Positions 52,702 through 64,000 of a stretch of DNA of 64,000 nt are shown here, in pieces. The notes under the pieces are model-generated. The model worked only from the letters and a program-made list of their open reading frames with translations, was not told the DNA's origin and did not search any database. The stretch is from the human T2T-CHM13v2.0 reference genome, Homo sapiens, in assembly GCF_009914755.1 (NCBI RefSeq), contig NC_060934.1; one strand, given 5' to 3'. The stretch's first letter is position 1; each line of letters begins with the position of its first letter. The position numbers and the translations under genes are program-made.

Positions 52702-54574
52702 CTCAGAATCATGTGCCTGGTGTCCACCATGGCGCCTGACTGTGGGGAGGCTTAAGAAATTTTGTGAATACATTAAACAGTATCCCACAGCTCCGGAATC
52801 CCAAGAGAGCCACAGGGCTGAGCATTTGCCTGTTGGCTTTGCAAAAGCTCCAGGAAGGACTAATTCCAGCACCCGACCCAGTAATCTAATTGCAAAACCG
52901 ATACTCATGAGTGTCAGCATAGACACTGTTTAAGACAGGTTCTGTCAAACTGTAAGAAAATCATGTGAAAAATATGATAGTTTTTATTCTCCCAAAGGCT
53001 TGTTTTTCTCTCTTAACATGAGATTTCCCCTCCTTTAAAAAATATCAACCTATTAAACCTAGCTATGTAAAAATTGCTTGTTCAGAACTTTATAAGCTAC
53101 AAAATGTATTATTGCAATCTGTAGTTATGTAATAAACAGGCCTGCAACTATGTAACAATTCCCAGTATGAAATAATCATAAAATCCGATATTACTTTTCT
53201 CCGGCATAGCCTATATTTTTTAATAAACTGTCACTTCTTCCGAACTTGGCAAACACCAAGTTTCCTTTGCAGCCTGAGTTTTGTGCTTTGTCTCGTCTTG
53301 AACGTAATAAGCAAGGGATGCATCCTATCTTCCCCGGTGAATTGCCCAGGGATTTGCAGTGATAAACAAGCTGGCTTTTAAGTTGGTCCGAACATTTAAG
53401 AACTGTCCAAATGCTGACTGCTTCTTGGGAGAATGTGTAGTTATGGATACCCAAGGCGTGATGAGCTCCAGCTGTAACTCCTGTCTTTGAATGTGTCACA
53501 GGCTGCCTCTGAAAGACACCCAGCTGCCGGTGGCTGTGGCTGTGTCCCGTGGCCGGGCACGCTTTTCTTGCAGCCCCCAGTGTTCCCAGCACCGTCATCT
53601 CCGTCGTCTGTGGGGATGTCTGTGGAGCTGTCTGTGTGCTGGTGCTCCCAGGCACCACAGCGCAGCCCAGGGGGATGGCACTTCCTCTTCTCATTTGCTC
53701 TTTACCAATTTAGAAACATAGTTTAGGAGTCGAAAAGGGACATTAGAGAGGGCTTCCTGAGATACCTAAAGCAAGAATAGGTTTCTTTTTTTGAGGAGAA
53801 TGGACTTGTCCCGCTTCTGGCTCCCAGCCCCACCTTATTCTCCGATGGTGGAGGTGGCTGTGCACGGCCATGCAGACGAATCCCACAACCATTTCCCCAC
53901 CTGGGGGCAGCAGGGCTTTAGGATGGAGACTGGCTCCACATTTCACACTTCAATTTTACATCTTTTCTTTCTAAGTCAAAATGTTTGCTCTGCCTTGTGG
54001 AGGGCTGATTTCTTATCAAGAGCCTCCCTTGGTGCCAAATGGAATGCCTGGTGAGATTTGCAGGCTATGGTCCAGTTGTTGGAGGGTGATGATAGTAAAG
54101 GTACTAGCCCAAGGCCAGCCCTAGGGGAGCCTGTGGCTGTTGAAGGGGCCTGGGTGGGAGTCACCTACCTCCCATGCGTGGGATTAGGAAGCCCCTGTGG
54201 CAGGGCACCAAGCCACGTTCTCCAACAGGGACAAGGCAGACCTTCTGTCCTTCTCTCCTTCCTCCCTAGTCTCTCTTGATTGGTTCAGGACTCCAGATGG
54301 AGATCGGCCCCCTCAATCCCCTAGTCAGGTAGCCATCTGAAGACGGTCCCTGAGTGTGCAATTCAGCAGAAGGCAGGGTCACTGATTGGGTGAGGGAGGT
54401 CAGGGAAGGGAGAGGCCTGGGGTGTTCCTGGGGGTTTGTGGGGGAGGGGAAGTTGATTGTTGCAAACCCCAGGCAGAGAGCAGACCAGATCAAGATGAAT
54501 TTACCTTTTAGAGCAGAACAGTCAAGCTTTTTAAGGATGGAGGCAACAGGAATTGCAGATTTGAAATAACATAA

Positions 54575-54642
54575 TTGAAATAAGGTCACATTCTGAGGTT
54601 CCAGGTGGACATGAATTTTGGGGTACACTATTCAAACTGCAC
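54575..54642 (-). mobile_element. Short MLT1 terminal fragment
   Basis: AAATAAGGTCACATTCTGAGGTTCCAGGTGGACATGAATTTTGGGG..CACTATTCAA, same motif as 58079-58150. Confidence 0.7.
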
Positions 54643-55294
54643 ACCTTTAGATAACTATGAGTTATAGGACCCCATGAATGGCAGGTGAAAATTTTTCCTC
54701 TAAATATATATTATTTCAGAGAAAGCCACAATGCACTTTTTCCTAGTTAATGAAGGAAGAATGGAATTGTCTGGATCTCACTTGTATTTGTTTTCTGAAT
54801 TGACTCTAAATCCTGCAGCTGGCCTGTGCCTGAGCTCCCTGGGGCCCACAGGGGAAGGCAACTGTTGGTGCACAAAGCAATACCATCCTTCAAACTTTGG
54901 AAACTCGAATAATGTCACAGATGAAACACAAGCTTTTGGTTCTGAAAGGTGACACCACTGTCATACTCAGCGGGCGGGGATGCTCCAGTCCTGGTTCTCC
55001 TTAGCACGTGCATTGTTTTAAGCCCATGCATGTGGTGTGGGGAGCCTGGCACTTTGGTCTTTCCTGGGAAAGAGGTGAGTCATCCCCATCATTCTCTCTA
55101 TCCCAGCATGGAAATCCACCTGAAGAAGTGAATGGAGTCAGCAATCCTAAACTAGCAACTTTGCAGGTCATTTCTGCGCACAAGATCCTGTGCTCCCCTA
55201 GATAGAGTGCTGTGGGCCCCACTTTGGCTCATCTAGTTCACGACTTTGCACGCTTAGATGTGCTCAGTAATGTTTGTTAAACAAATGAATGGTT

Positions 55295-55900
55295 TAGTTA
55301 TTTTTTTTTCACCGATTATTGGTAAACAATTCAAACATTTGCAATTTAGGAACAGAGTATAAAACCTCCCTCCCATTGCAGACTTGTAGTATCTCCTGAG
55401 AGGCAAGCACAGTCTGTGGTCCGTGGGTGTCATTCCAGATACATGGCAGCATACAAAGGCACACACGCTTACACACGTGTGTAAGCTAACGAGAACATGA
55501 ACACACATTCCTCTTCTGCCGCTTGCATTATCTGCCCGACGTGTCTTGTAAATTGTTCCATATTTGCACTTGGAGATCTACACCCTTCTTCTAACAGGCT
55601 GCCTAGATTCACAGTAAATGGATGCACCATGATTTGTTTAACAAGTCCCCTAGTGGCAGTTTCTATAGCTTGCTATTTCAAACCACCAGGCAGTCAGCAT
55701 AATGGTGCCCACATCTTGGTGCCTGCAGGCAATTGTTTCCATGATATTCAGTCCAAGGATTGAAATCGTTGGGTCCAAGGACAGGTGCACTTACAGTACT
55801 GGTGGATCTTGCCAAAGTGCTCTCCAAAGAGAACATCCCTGCATATGGGTGCCCATTCACAGCGCCACAAACACCACACCAAGGGGCCCTTTCTTTTTCT
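55295..55900 (-). mobile_element. Old L1ME-like 3' fragment
   Basis: ATGGATGCACCATGATTTGTTTAACAAGTCCC...TTGCCAAAGTGCTCTCCAAA. Confidence 0.55.
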
Positions 55901-57261
55901 CGGCCATCAGGACAGCTGGTCACCACGGCCTTCTATTGAGGTCTTATTTGATGGTTTTGTTGATGCTTTGAAAAATGAGGGTTAGAAATGGTTTCTCTTT
56001 AGAATTTAAATTACTTTAAACTACCAGTGTTTTGTGTGTCTTATACTGTGTTTCAAATAAAATAACAGGTAGTTCCCGTGGCCACTGACTAGCACATAAT
56101 TAATATTCAATAAGTGTTGCCCTACTTCTTTTGCCCTTGAAGGACAATGGTCCGAGGCTATTTTCCAGAGAAAGGAGACACTTGATTGATGTGTGTTGGG
56201 GAAGGTGTGGGACCCTTGCTGAGGGTGGGGGCACCACGGCCTGGGCACCACCCAAGACTGGGTGACTTCCTGATTCACAGACAAGCAACTGAGGCCCAGG
56301 GGGTTCTGGATGTCCTCTTGGGGTCATACCTTGGGAGTGACAGAGCCAGATTCTACCCCCAGGCTCTGTGTTCACCCTGCTCTAGTGATTGTCCAGCTCT
56401 GGAGCAGGGCACCGTTGCTGGAAGCGAGGGTTCTATGGAAAATGGTGTGGATGCTGCTCCCGTCTCTGTATGTGTGTGCAGATCTACATGTGTGCACGGG
56501 CCTGCACGTGTGTGTAGGTGTGGCTGCTAAGCCATCAATCACCCTGTGGGAACTGTGGAAAGGACGTGCATAGATCTCATGTAAGCTCCGAGTTCTGTGT
56601 CTGTCTTTGACCATCTGCCCTAAAGGCCTCCATGTTGTTTACAAATTATTCCAGTGAGGAAACAGAACTGGAAGGAAAGTCATGTACACACCCCATACAT
56701 TATTAATACAGCACAGAAAAACTGTAAAAGCAATAAGATCTTTGGAAAAGTAATTTTAACTTTGATGTGGCCACATAGACTTTAGAGGGAAAATAGGGTC
56801 ATTTTATACCAAGTACTCTGAGCTTCAAATGAGGCAGAGAAATTTATAATGAAGCCCAAAGGAAACAATTTTGACAAAAGCTCAAACCTGTATTTTCCCC
56901 ATTATTAAGTGGATCTCTTCCTGAAGAATAAAATATTTGGTAAAAATATTTTTCTTGTAAGTGCTCTCACCAGCGTGGGGAATGCTTGAATGACGGCTGT
57001 GAGTCCTGCCCTCTCTCCAGTGCAGGAGGCCCTGGACTTGCTGGTCAGGCCCCATCCCCAGAGGAGGGCAGCCTCCCTGCCTTCCAATCCCAGCTGTCCC
57101 AAGCCAAGGGTTGGGGCCTGCTTGCTGTCTGTTCCTAAAAATGTTTGGCTTTGGAACTCTCATTTGTATAAAACCATTCATGGTTTACTCGCCGAATAAA
57201 GATCCAGTGGTGATTTTGTAGAAGCCCAGCACTGCTCTATCGTATACATGCTAAATAGTCA

Positions 57262-58152
57262 CAGTTCCTGTGGCTGTTATGGCAAGTTATCGCAAACTAG
57301 GCTTATGGCAACGTATACTCATCTCTCGTGGTTCTGGAGCCAGAATTCCGAAGTCAAAATGGCGACAGGGTCATCCTCCTTCTGAAAGCTCTAGGGGTAT
57401 ATCCTTCCTCGCCTCTTCCAGTTTTGTTCTTGTGGCTCCTGGGCTTGGGCTTGTGGCCACATGGCTCCAGCATCTGCCTTCGTGTTCACAGGGCAACTAT
57501 CCCTGTGTGTTCTGTTCCACTGTGTGTGTCCTCTCTGTTGCGGGGAGCAACTCTCTGGAGCTGGTGTTGTGCAGGTGGTAAAGTGATTTACCAAGGCAGT
57601 TGTAGGTAAAGAAAGGCAGATTTATTAGAGAAAGTAAGAAAATACATTGCAAGAAAGCAATGGGCAAGTCAGCAAGAGAGGAGCTGACTACCAGGAGACA
57701 AAGACTTGCTAGAGATTTGATAGGATGGTGCTTGTGCTGGAGACAGCTACATCAGTACTGATAATGCCAAAGTTGCAGTGTGCTAACTTGCGTTTTTCTA
57801 TCAGCCAGGGGTCTGGTGATAGCTGGGCACAGGAAGATTGTGAGTTATTTGCCCAGGAGGGATATGTGTTCTGGACCATGAAGAAAGGCAGACTTATAGC
57901 TCATCTGACTTTTCTTTTTGCTTTTCCCTGGTCCCACCAGCCTAACTCCTTTTCCTGAATTAGGACTCCACACTTTCCTCTTCTTGTGAGGACCCCAGTC
58001 ATTGGATTTGGGGCCCACCCTACTCTGTTAGGACCTTACCTTAACTAATTGCATATGCAGTGACCTTAGTAAGTTTCCAAATAAGATCACATTCTGAGGT
58101 TCCAGGTGGACATGCTATGAATTTTGGGGAGACACTATTCAAGCCACTATAC
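57262..58152 (-). mobile_element. MaLR LTR (MLT1C-like) split by a nested LTR
   Basis: GTTCCTGTGGCTGTTATGGCAAGTTATCGCAAACT...; resumes GGACCCCAGTCATTGGATTTGGGGCCCACCC...ACACTATTCAAGCCACTATA. Confidence 0.85.
57536..57972 (-). mobile_element. Nested ERV solo LTR (family uncertain)
   Basis: TG...CA termini, near-TSD CTCTC / CTTTC, antisense AATAAA (TTTATT at ~57621). Confidence 0.7.
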
Positions 58153-59179
58153 TAAAGCAAATATTTACCTTAGAGACTGATAAACTAGGAAAAATATTTT
58201 ATATGCAAAGTTCCTTGAAATTAAGATTTTTTTTTGTCTTGAATGCAGACACTATTGCCTAATTGTGTTGTTGCAATGTTGCTCCAGCAGACATTGCAAA
58301 TACGTGACCAATGGAAGAGGCCAGAGAGGCTTGGGAGTTGTGAACTGGAGTCAATCATTCTTCATTTCCCTGGTCCTTAGAGCTACAGCACTTTATGCCA
58401 GTGAACATAATGTTAGATAGGGCCTTGGCGTTGGCCCTGTGTTAATTATTTCCTCAACTTTTGTTCCTGTTTTTAATAAGTTGCAAGTACAGCCCGTTTG
58501 GGTCCATTGTGGCTGTTGACTCCATACAGGAACCCGTTTTCTTGCTATGGGGCCTGGTATGCAGGGTCCACCTCTGCCCTCCTTGGCATAAATGCACGAG
58601 GGTTGCTGACCTTCAGCATCTGGGCATGGCTCTAACTGGCCAGCCAGGCCACCTGCTCCTGCCCCCAGCAGCAGCTTGTGAGTGGCATCCCTGTGCTTTT
58701 AGGATGCACGGGTAGATGAGTGCCTTAGTGATGCCGAAGATTAGATTTTAATCCTCAAAACCCAGAGTTGAGGATTCTTTTTTGCTATTTCACTTTTGTT
58801 GTGTCTTCTCAAGATTATTTTCTTTGTTTATTTTTATAACCAACTAGGCTTTTCTTCAACCATCGTTTCATAATACTGAATTACAGTGGTACAAATAATA
58901 TGACATTCCACATGCCCAAAGCCTATTAGAGGTGAAAGCGACTTTTATGAAGTCAAGGTGGGCAAGAGACGGCCTCTGAGTTAAAGCTTTGTTGTCAGAG
59001 CAGGAAGGAGACGGAAGAAATGGAATGAAGCCAGTGTGGGAGAAGGAGGCTCAATTTGCCTGTTAAGTGCTGCAGCTCTGCACCCCATGGCCTTGCATGG
59101 AATTCCAAGAGGCTCTTGGCTGCTTCTCCGGGGACACTGGTGCCTTTCTGCATCATGCTCTCCTCCCTTCCCGAGGCAG

Positions 59180-59281
59180 GACAATGGGGTTAGTGCCCAG
59201 CGTCACTCCAGATTCAAGCCTTAAGGAACTTCGTGAGGCTGTGCAGCCATTTTACACTGCCCAGTGCAGCTCCTGAAGAAG
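59180..59281 (+). other. Candidate non-coding exon
   Basis: Polypyrimidine tract ...CTCTCCTCCCTTCCCGAGGCAG| and strong AAG|GTAAGA donor; stops in all three frames. Confidence 0.3.
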
Positions 59282-59499
59282 GTAAGAGTTTGGGATTTTT
59301 TGCTTCTGAGCAAAATCAGAACATTCCAGTATCTAGTCACTCCACCGGAATTTAAAAATATGTCAGTTGTGTAAAAATGAAGGAAAAACAGTAACATGGG
59401 GTTTTCGTAGGCACACACACACATGCATAAAAACAGAAAGAAACTTAGAGAAGGGAAAGGGAACTTTCGATGTATCTTAATGTTTAATTTTTAGAATAA

Positions 59500-59658
59500 T
59501 TTTTTTTAAGAGACCGGGTCTTGTTCTGTTGCCCAGGCTGGAGTGCAGTGGTGCGATCATAGCTCACTGCAGCCTTGACCTCCTGGGCTTAAGGGACCTC
59601 CTCTCGCCTTGGCCTCCCAAAGCACTGGGATTACAGGCATGAGCCATGACACCTGGCC
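59500..59658 (-). mobile_element. Monomeric Alu (FRAM/FAM-like)
   Basis: Single arm from GGGTCTTGTTCTGTTGCCCAGGC to GATTACAGGCATGAGCCA..CCTGGCC with no A-rich linker. Confidence 0.85.
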
Positions 59659-60537
59659 ACTTTTAAAATTGTTTAAATCAAAGTAATAAACATGGTTTAA
59701 AAGTCAAATGACATCACCAGGCTGATCACCCAAAACCGCAGCTGCTCCCTGACCCTCCTCTCCCACTTTGATTTTCATTGTGAGAAGAAACCACCTTGAT
59801 CTTTTTTGGCTCTTTCTCCTGAAATTTAAGTCTCTACATCTGAAAATGGGCTTATACTGCTACTTTTGATGGTTTGTTCTTGTTCTGTTTTGAGTATCGT
59901 CTACTGACTTTCTGTTGGCTCCCATTATTTTATAATTTCTTCTTTTTCTTTGTCCCCTCTTTCTGGAATTCCTATTGTTTGAATGTTGGACCCCCTAGAC
60001 AAGTCACCTAATTTCTTTTGTTTTTAAATCTCCTATTTTCTATCTCTGTCTTTTTATTCGCCTTTTCGGGATATGTCCTTAATTTTACCTTTCAAGCCTT
60101 TGGTGCTTTTTCTTTAATTCTGCGATCACACTTTTAACGTCGAAGCCCTCTCCCCTATCATCTGAATGTTTTAGAGACTCCTGTTCTTTTGTGGATGCAG
60201 CAAGCTATCTTTGGCAGGATGTAGGTCACAGCTCTGCTCTGTTCTTACAGTGTTCCCACTCTGACCTCTGCACATACCTGCATGCTATGAGTTTCCTTTC
60301 CTTCTTTTTGTTTTCTCCTTGGCTTGGTCTCTGGCCTGGGACTCTTCATGGCACAGTCCTAGACGCGGGTTGCAGCTTTGTGCAGAGTGGCCCGTTCTCC
60401 AGGTGGGCTCCAGGTGGGCTCCAGGTGGCGATGGTGGGGCCTTCTCACTTCACAGAGAGGATCCAGGTGTCACTGTCTGAACTTTCTTCCTGGGCAGAGG
60501 CTTCCTAGAGAGGCCTCCTCCACCTCCTGCTCAGAGG

Positions 60538-60946
60538 GTGTCTTAGTTGGCTTCAGCTGCCATAACAACCTTCAACAGTAGGAATTTATGTCTCATGGCT
60601 CTGGAGGCTGGAAGTCCAAGATCAAAGTGCAGCAGGGTGGGTTTCCATCGGAGGCCTCTCTTCCTGGCTTGCAGAGGGTGCCCAGGAGGGTGGGTTTCCC
60701 CTGAGGCCTCTCTTCTTGGCTTGCAGATGGTGCCTCCTTGCAGTGTCCTCTCCTGGCCTTTCTGCTGTGCATGCATCCCTGCCATTTTCTCCTCCTCCTC
60801 TAAGGACCCCAGTCCTCCTGGATTAGGGCCCCACCCTTAGGACCTCATGTCAACTTAATTACCTTGAAGGGCCTACCTCTAGTCGCCATCCCATGGGTGG
60901 CTAGGGCTTCCACCTGTGAATTCTGGGGGACACAATTCTGCCCGTG
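60538..60946 (-). mobile_element. MaLR solo LTR (MLT1A-like) with small internal duplication
   Basis: GTCTTAGTTGGCTTCAGCTGCCATAACAA...CTGGAGGCTGGAAGTCCAAGATCAA; GTGGGTTTCC..GAGGCCTCTCTTC.TGGCTTGCAGA occurs twice. Confidence 0.88.
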
Positions 60947-61682
60947 TCCTGGGATGTAAGGTGGCTATTAGCAGTCAGTGAGCCCAGGCGGGGCTGAGGG
61001 AATGCCGGCTTTCACCGAGTCCCCCGGCATTTGTTGCTGTATTCCTCTCCCATGTTCAGCTGGGTCCTGGAGTCGAAAGCCTGCCCGGTTCTGCCTCCCC
61101 AGAAAGTCAATCTCTGTTTTCTCCTGGGGTGGGGTGGGGTGTTGTCTGCGTCTGGTCTTGTCGGGGTCTGGGCTGCTCCCTGTGCTCCTGTCGCTGTTTG
61201 CAGGTATGGCCTGTGCTCATCCTCAGAGCAGCGGGTGCTTCCCATTCCCCTTCTGGGGAGTTCCTGGGCCCTGCACCCCTTTCTTCCCCAAAGCCTTAGC
61301 TTCAGCTTTCTCCGTTCTGTGAAGTCCGTTCCCACCCCGGCCTGCCTTCCAGTCTCATAGTGCCGCTGACCTCACGGGTCTGCAGCAGTTTCTTTGTTGC
61401 CTTTGTCCTCATGGGGCCATCCCCTGGGTCTTCCTTTGCAGTCGTTTTCTGGGCTTCGGGTAGGGACAGAGAAAGCAGTGAGTGTTTGATCTGCCTGTCT
61501 GCTTGGAAGTTCTGTAGCGCCTGAGACTGAGTTCTTTGGGCATCAGTGGATGGTGAGCCATGGGGGCAGGCCTGCGGATGCGGCAGACTCTACCGTTTTA
61601 ATTTCTGTGACCTAAGAAAGTAGCATCCATTGGCATGACTCCATCCACAGCACAACACTCACAGACTCCAGTCCAGGGAACC

Positions 61683-61864
61683 CCTCCAGTTCCCACCCTT
61701 GGCACCTGGCCTGGCCTCCTACCCTTGGCTGCTCCTTCCCCACCTTGACTCACCTCTGCCTCCCTCTGCCTCCTCCTCTCACTGCCGTCTTCCCACAGTT
61801 TCTCTCTCTTGGGCTCAGTCTCAGCCCCTGATGGGCCCTGGAGCAGAATTCCAGCTCCCCAACA
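61683..61864. repeat. ~182-bp direct repeat, copy 1
   Basis: Aligns without gaps to 63124-63305. Confidence 0.95.
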
Positions 61865-62517
61865 TCTTTTCTTGCAGAAAACTCTGGACGTTTGGCCCTC
61901 AGGACAAGAGTTAAAGTTTAAATGATGGGTTTATTTAATTGAAATATGCTGAGAACATTTTGTGTAAGTAAATGCTACTGAGAATTTAGGAATTTCAAAC
62001 AATGAAATAGTAATATCTGCTTTATTTCTGAATGAATGGAATCTAGAACGATTAAACAGAAAAAAAAACAACATTCTGACCTGATTCTGTGTTACCATCT
62101 GCTGTAGATTTTGAAACAAGTCAAACTATTTTTTGCATACACGTCTAAGTGTCTGTCTTGATCAGACAGGAGCTTTCCCATAGTACTGCTTCAAGTGGAT
62201 GTTCTGTTCTGCCGAAAATTCAACACTACCCTCTCCTCTTCTTGTTCTTTTCTGTTGTGTAAGCTCATATTTTGACCTTAATTCCTTGCCTCATCAACTA
62301 TTAAATAATAAAGTAACCCACATGGGAACGCTTCTAATTACTTCCTTAAACTTTTATGGGTAACGTGTGTGAGTTGAGCGAAGCCCCGTGGGTGAACGAC
62401 CTTCCCACTTCGGTGTAGCCCATCCTATCATGAGCCTAATTAATGCCAGAGTCCATAAAAGAGTTGCCTGTGCCTCATAAAACTTGGAGAAGACATAATA
62501 TCTCCCTCGTGCCGTTG

Positions 62518-62531
62518 GTTGCCATGGTTAC
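62518..62531. promoter_or_regulatory. Candidate RFX X-box GTTGCCATGGTTAC
   Basis: Near-palindromic match to the RFX consensus GTTGCCATGGCAAC in unique sequence; motif only. Confidence 0.4.
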
Positions 62532-63123
62532 CATTTGAGAAACACTTGATTACAATTCCCAGCCCCTTCCTTTCCTTGCCAGGGTAATCCATAGATTTGT
62601 GGGTCTCAATGTGCCCCTGTCGGGCCTGTCATTTTCACCCTGATGAATGCCTGGCGTTGCCTGGAGGTCAGAGGCAGGGACACAGGGGCGTGGCTAAGTG
62701 CACGGTCATGATCATGGGAGCACCCCAGGGAGGGGTGGAGGGTCAGGCTAGATGGGTTAATGACAATGCTCAGGGGGATGAGCATTACATGGCAGTTCGC
62801 TGACCATCAGAGCCGGCCATAGCCTCGTAAGCCACAGGTGGGCTGTGGGGGGCTGTGGAAGGGTGAAGACACACAGTTGCTGTTGAGATACCCACACTGC
62901 TTTTCCTTGGGAGACTGAGGCCCATGGTGGACCCCTGGGTAGGAAGTACAGTCATGCCCAGAAAGCAATTTCTGTCTCAGCCTCTGAGTGAGGGGACAGC
63001 TCCCAGTGCCGGAAAGAACATGGGGCAGGGCCCAGTGACCATCTAGGGGATGCCAGGGAGGAGTCTTGACCCTGGGGAGCAAGGCCAGACTTAAAGACGT
63101 TCCACCCGCCTGAGACTTTGATT

Positions 63124-63305
63124 CCTCCAGTCCCCATGCTCGGCACCTGGCCTGGCCTCCCACCCTTGGCTGCTCCTTCCCCGCCTTGACTTGCCTCTGC
63201 CTCCCTCTGCCTCCTCCTCTCACTGCTGTCTTCCCACAGTTTCTCTCTCTTGAGGTCAGCCTCAGCCCCCGATGAGCCCTGGAGCAGAATTCCAGCTCCC
63301 CAACA
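63124..63305. repeat. ~182-bp direct repeat, copy 2
   Basis: Aligns without gaps to 61683-61864. Confidence 0.95.
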
Positions 63306-63581
63306 GGCCCTCAATTCGGGCGTCCCCTGATCCTCAAACCCACAGAGTCCAAAACAGGGCTGCTGTTTTCCCGTGACCTCCCCTCTTCTTCCACCCCGGG
63401 ATCTTTCTCACCTCTGACTTATCTACTTCCATGGCTGGAGCCGCCAGCTCCTGGGGGTCTCATCCAGGTCCACTTGCTTCCTGGTCTTCCCCCTCTCCCT
63501 CCCCACAACAAATATCCCTGGGCTTCCACCTGCGAAGCGTGCTGGACTTCTTACCTCTTTAAATTTCATTTCCACCATGCT

Positions 63582-63940
63582 GGTGAATTCGTTCTCATGC
63601 TGCTGATAAAGACATACCCGAGACTGGTAATTTATAAAGGAAAGAGATTTAATGGACTCACAGTTCCACATAGCTGGGGAGGCCCCACAATCATGGTGGA
63701 AGGCAAAGGAGTGGCAAAGGCACATCTCACATGGAGGCAGGTAACAGTGTGTGCAGGGGAACTGCCCTTTACAAAACCATCAGATCTCATGAGACTTATT
63801 CACTATCACTAGAACAGCATGAGAAAGACTCACCCTCAAGATTCAATTACCTTCCACTGGGGCCCTTCCACAACACATGGAAATTATGGGAGCTATCATT
63901 CAAGATGAGACTTGGGTAGGGACACAGCCAAACCATATCA
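63582..63940 (-). mobile_element. MaLR solo LTR (THE1C/D-like)
   Basis: GCTGCTGATAAAGACATACCCGAGACTGG...AAAACCATCAGATCTCATGAGACTTATTCAC...GGGACACAGCCAAACCATATCA. Confidence 0.93.
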
Positions 63941-64000
63941 GCTGGTCATATTGAGGTTTCGTGTGTGTGATTCACATGCAAAGATACTGGAAACCTTTGA

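Overview
Primate (human-like) nuclear DNA, not prokaryotic. About half of the window is recognisable interspersed repeat: 12 Alu-family copies, old degenerate L1M LINEs (including about 5.3 kb at 36.4-41.6 kb), L3/CR1, MIR, MER5, and about 18 solo LTRs (MLT1, MLT2, THE1, MER4, MER57, MER66, LTR18-like). It also holds several minisatellites and microsatellites. I find no convincing protein-coding region; the ORF track is explained by Alus, tandem repeats and chance ORFs in GC-rich DNA. All old L1 pieces and most LTRs and Alus lie on the minus strand, which suggests an intron or 5' region of a large + strand transcription unit that I cannot name. The most notable items are a CpG-dense LTR18-like solo LTR that looks like a promoter, a Kozak-ATG abutting a splice donor, two short non-tandem local duplications, two structurally abnormal Alus and a minisatellite dense in PRDM9-type motifs. 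I see no evidence of a new multi-gene system. Repeat subfamily names come from remembered consensus sequences, and boundaries are approximate unless a TSD is quoted.
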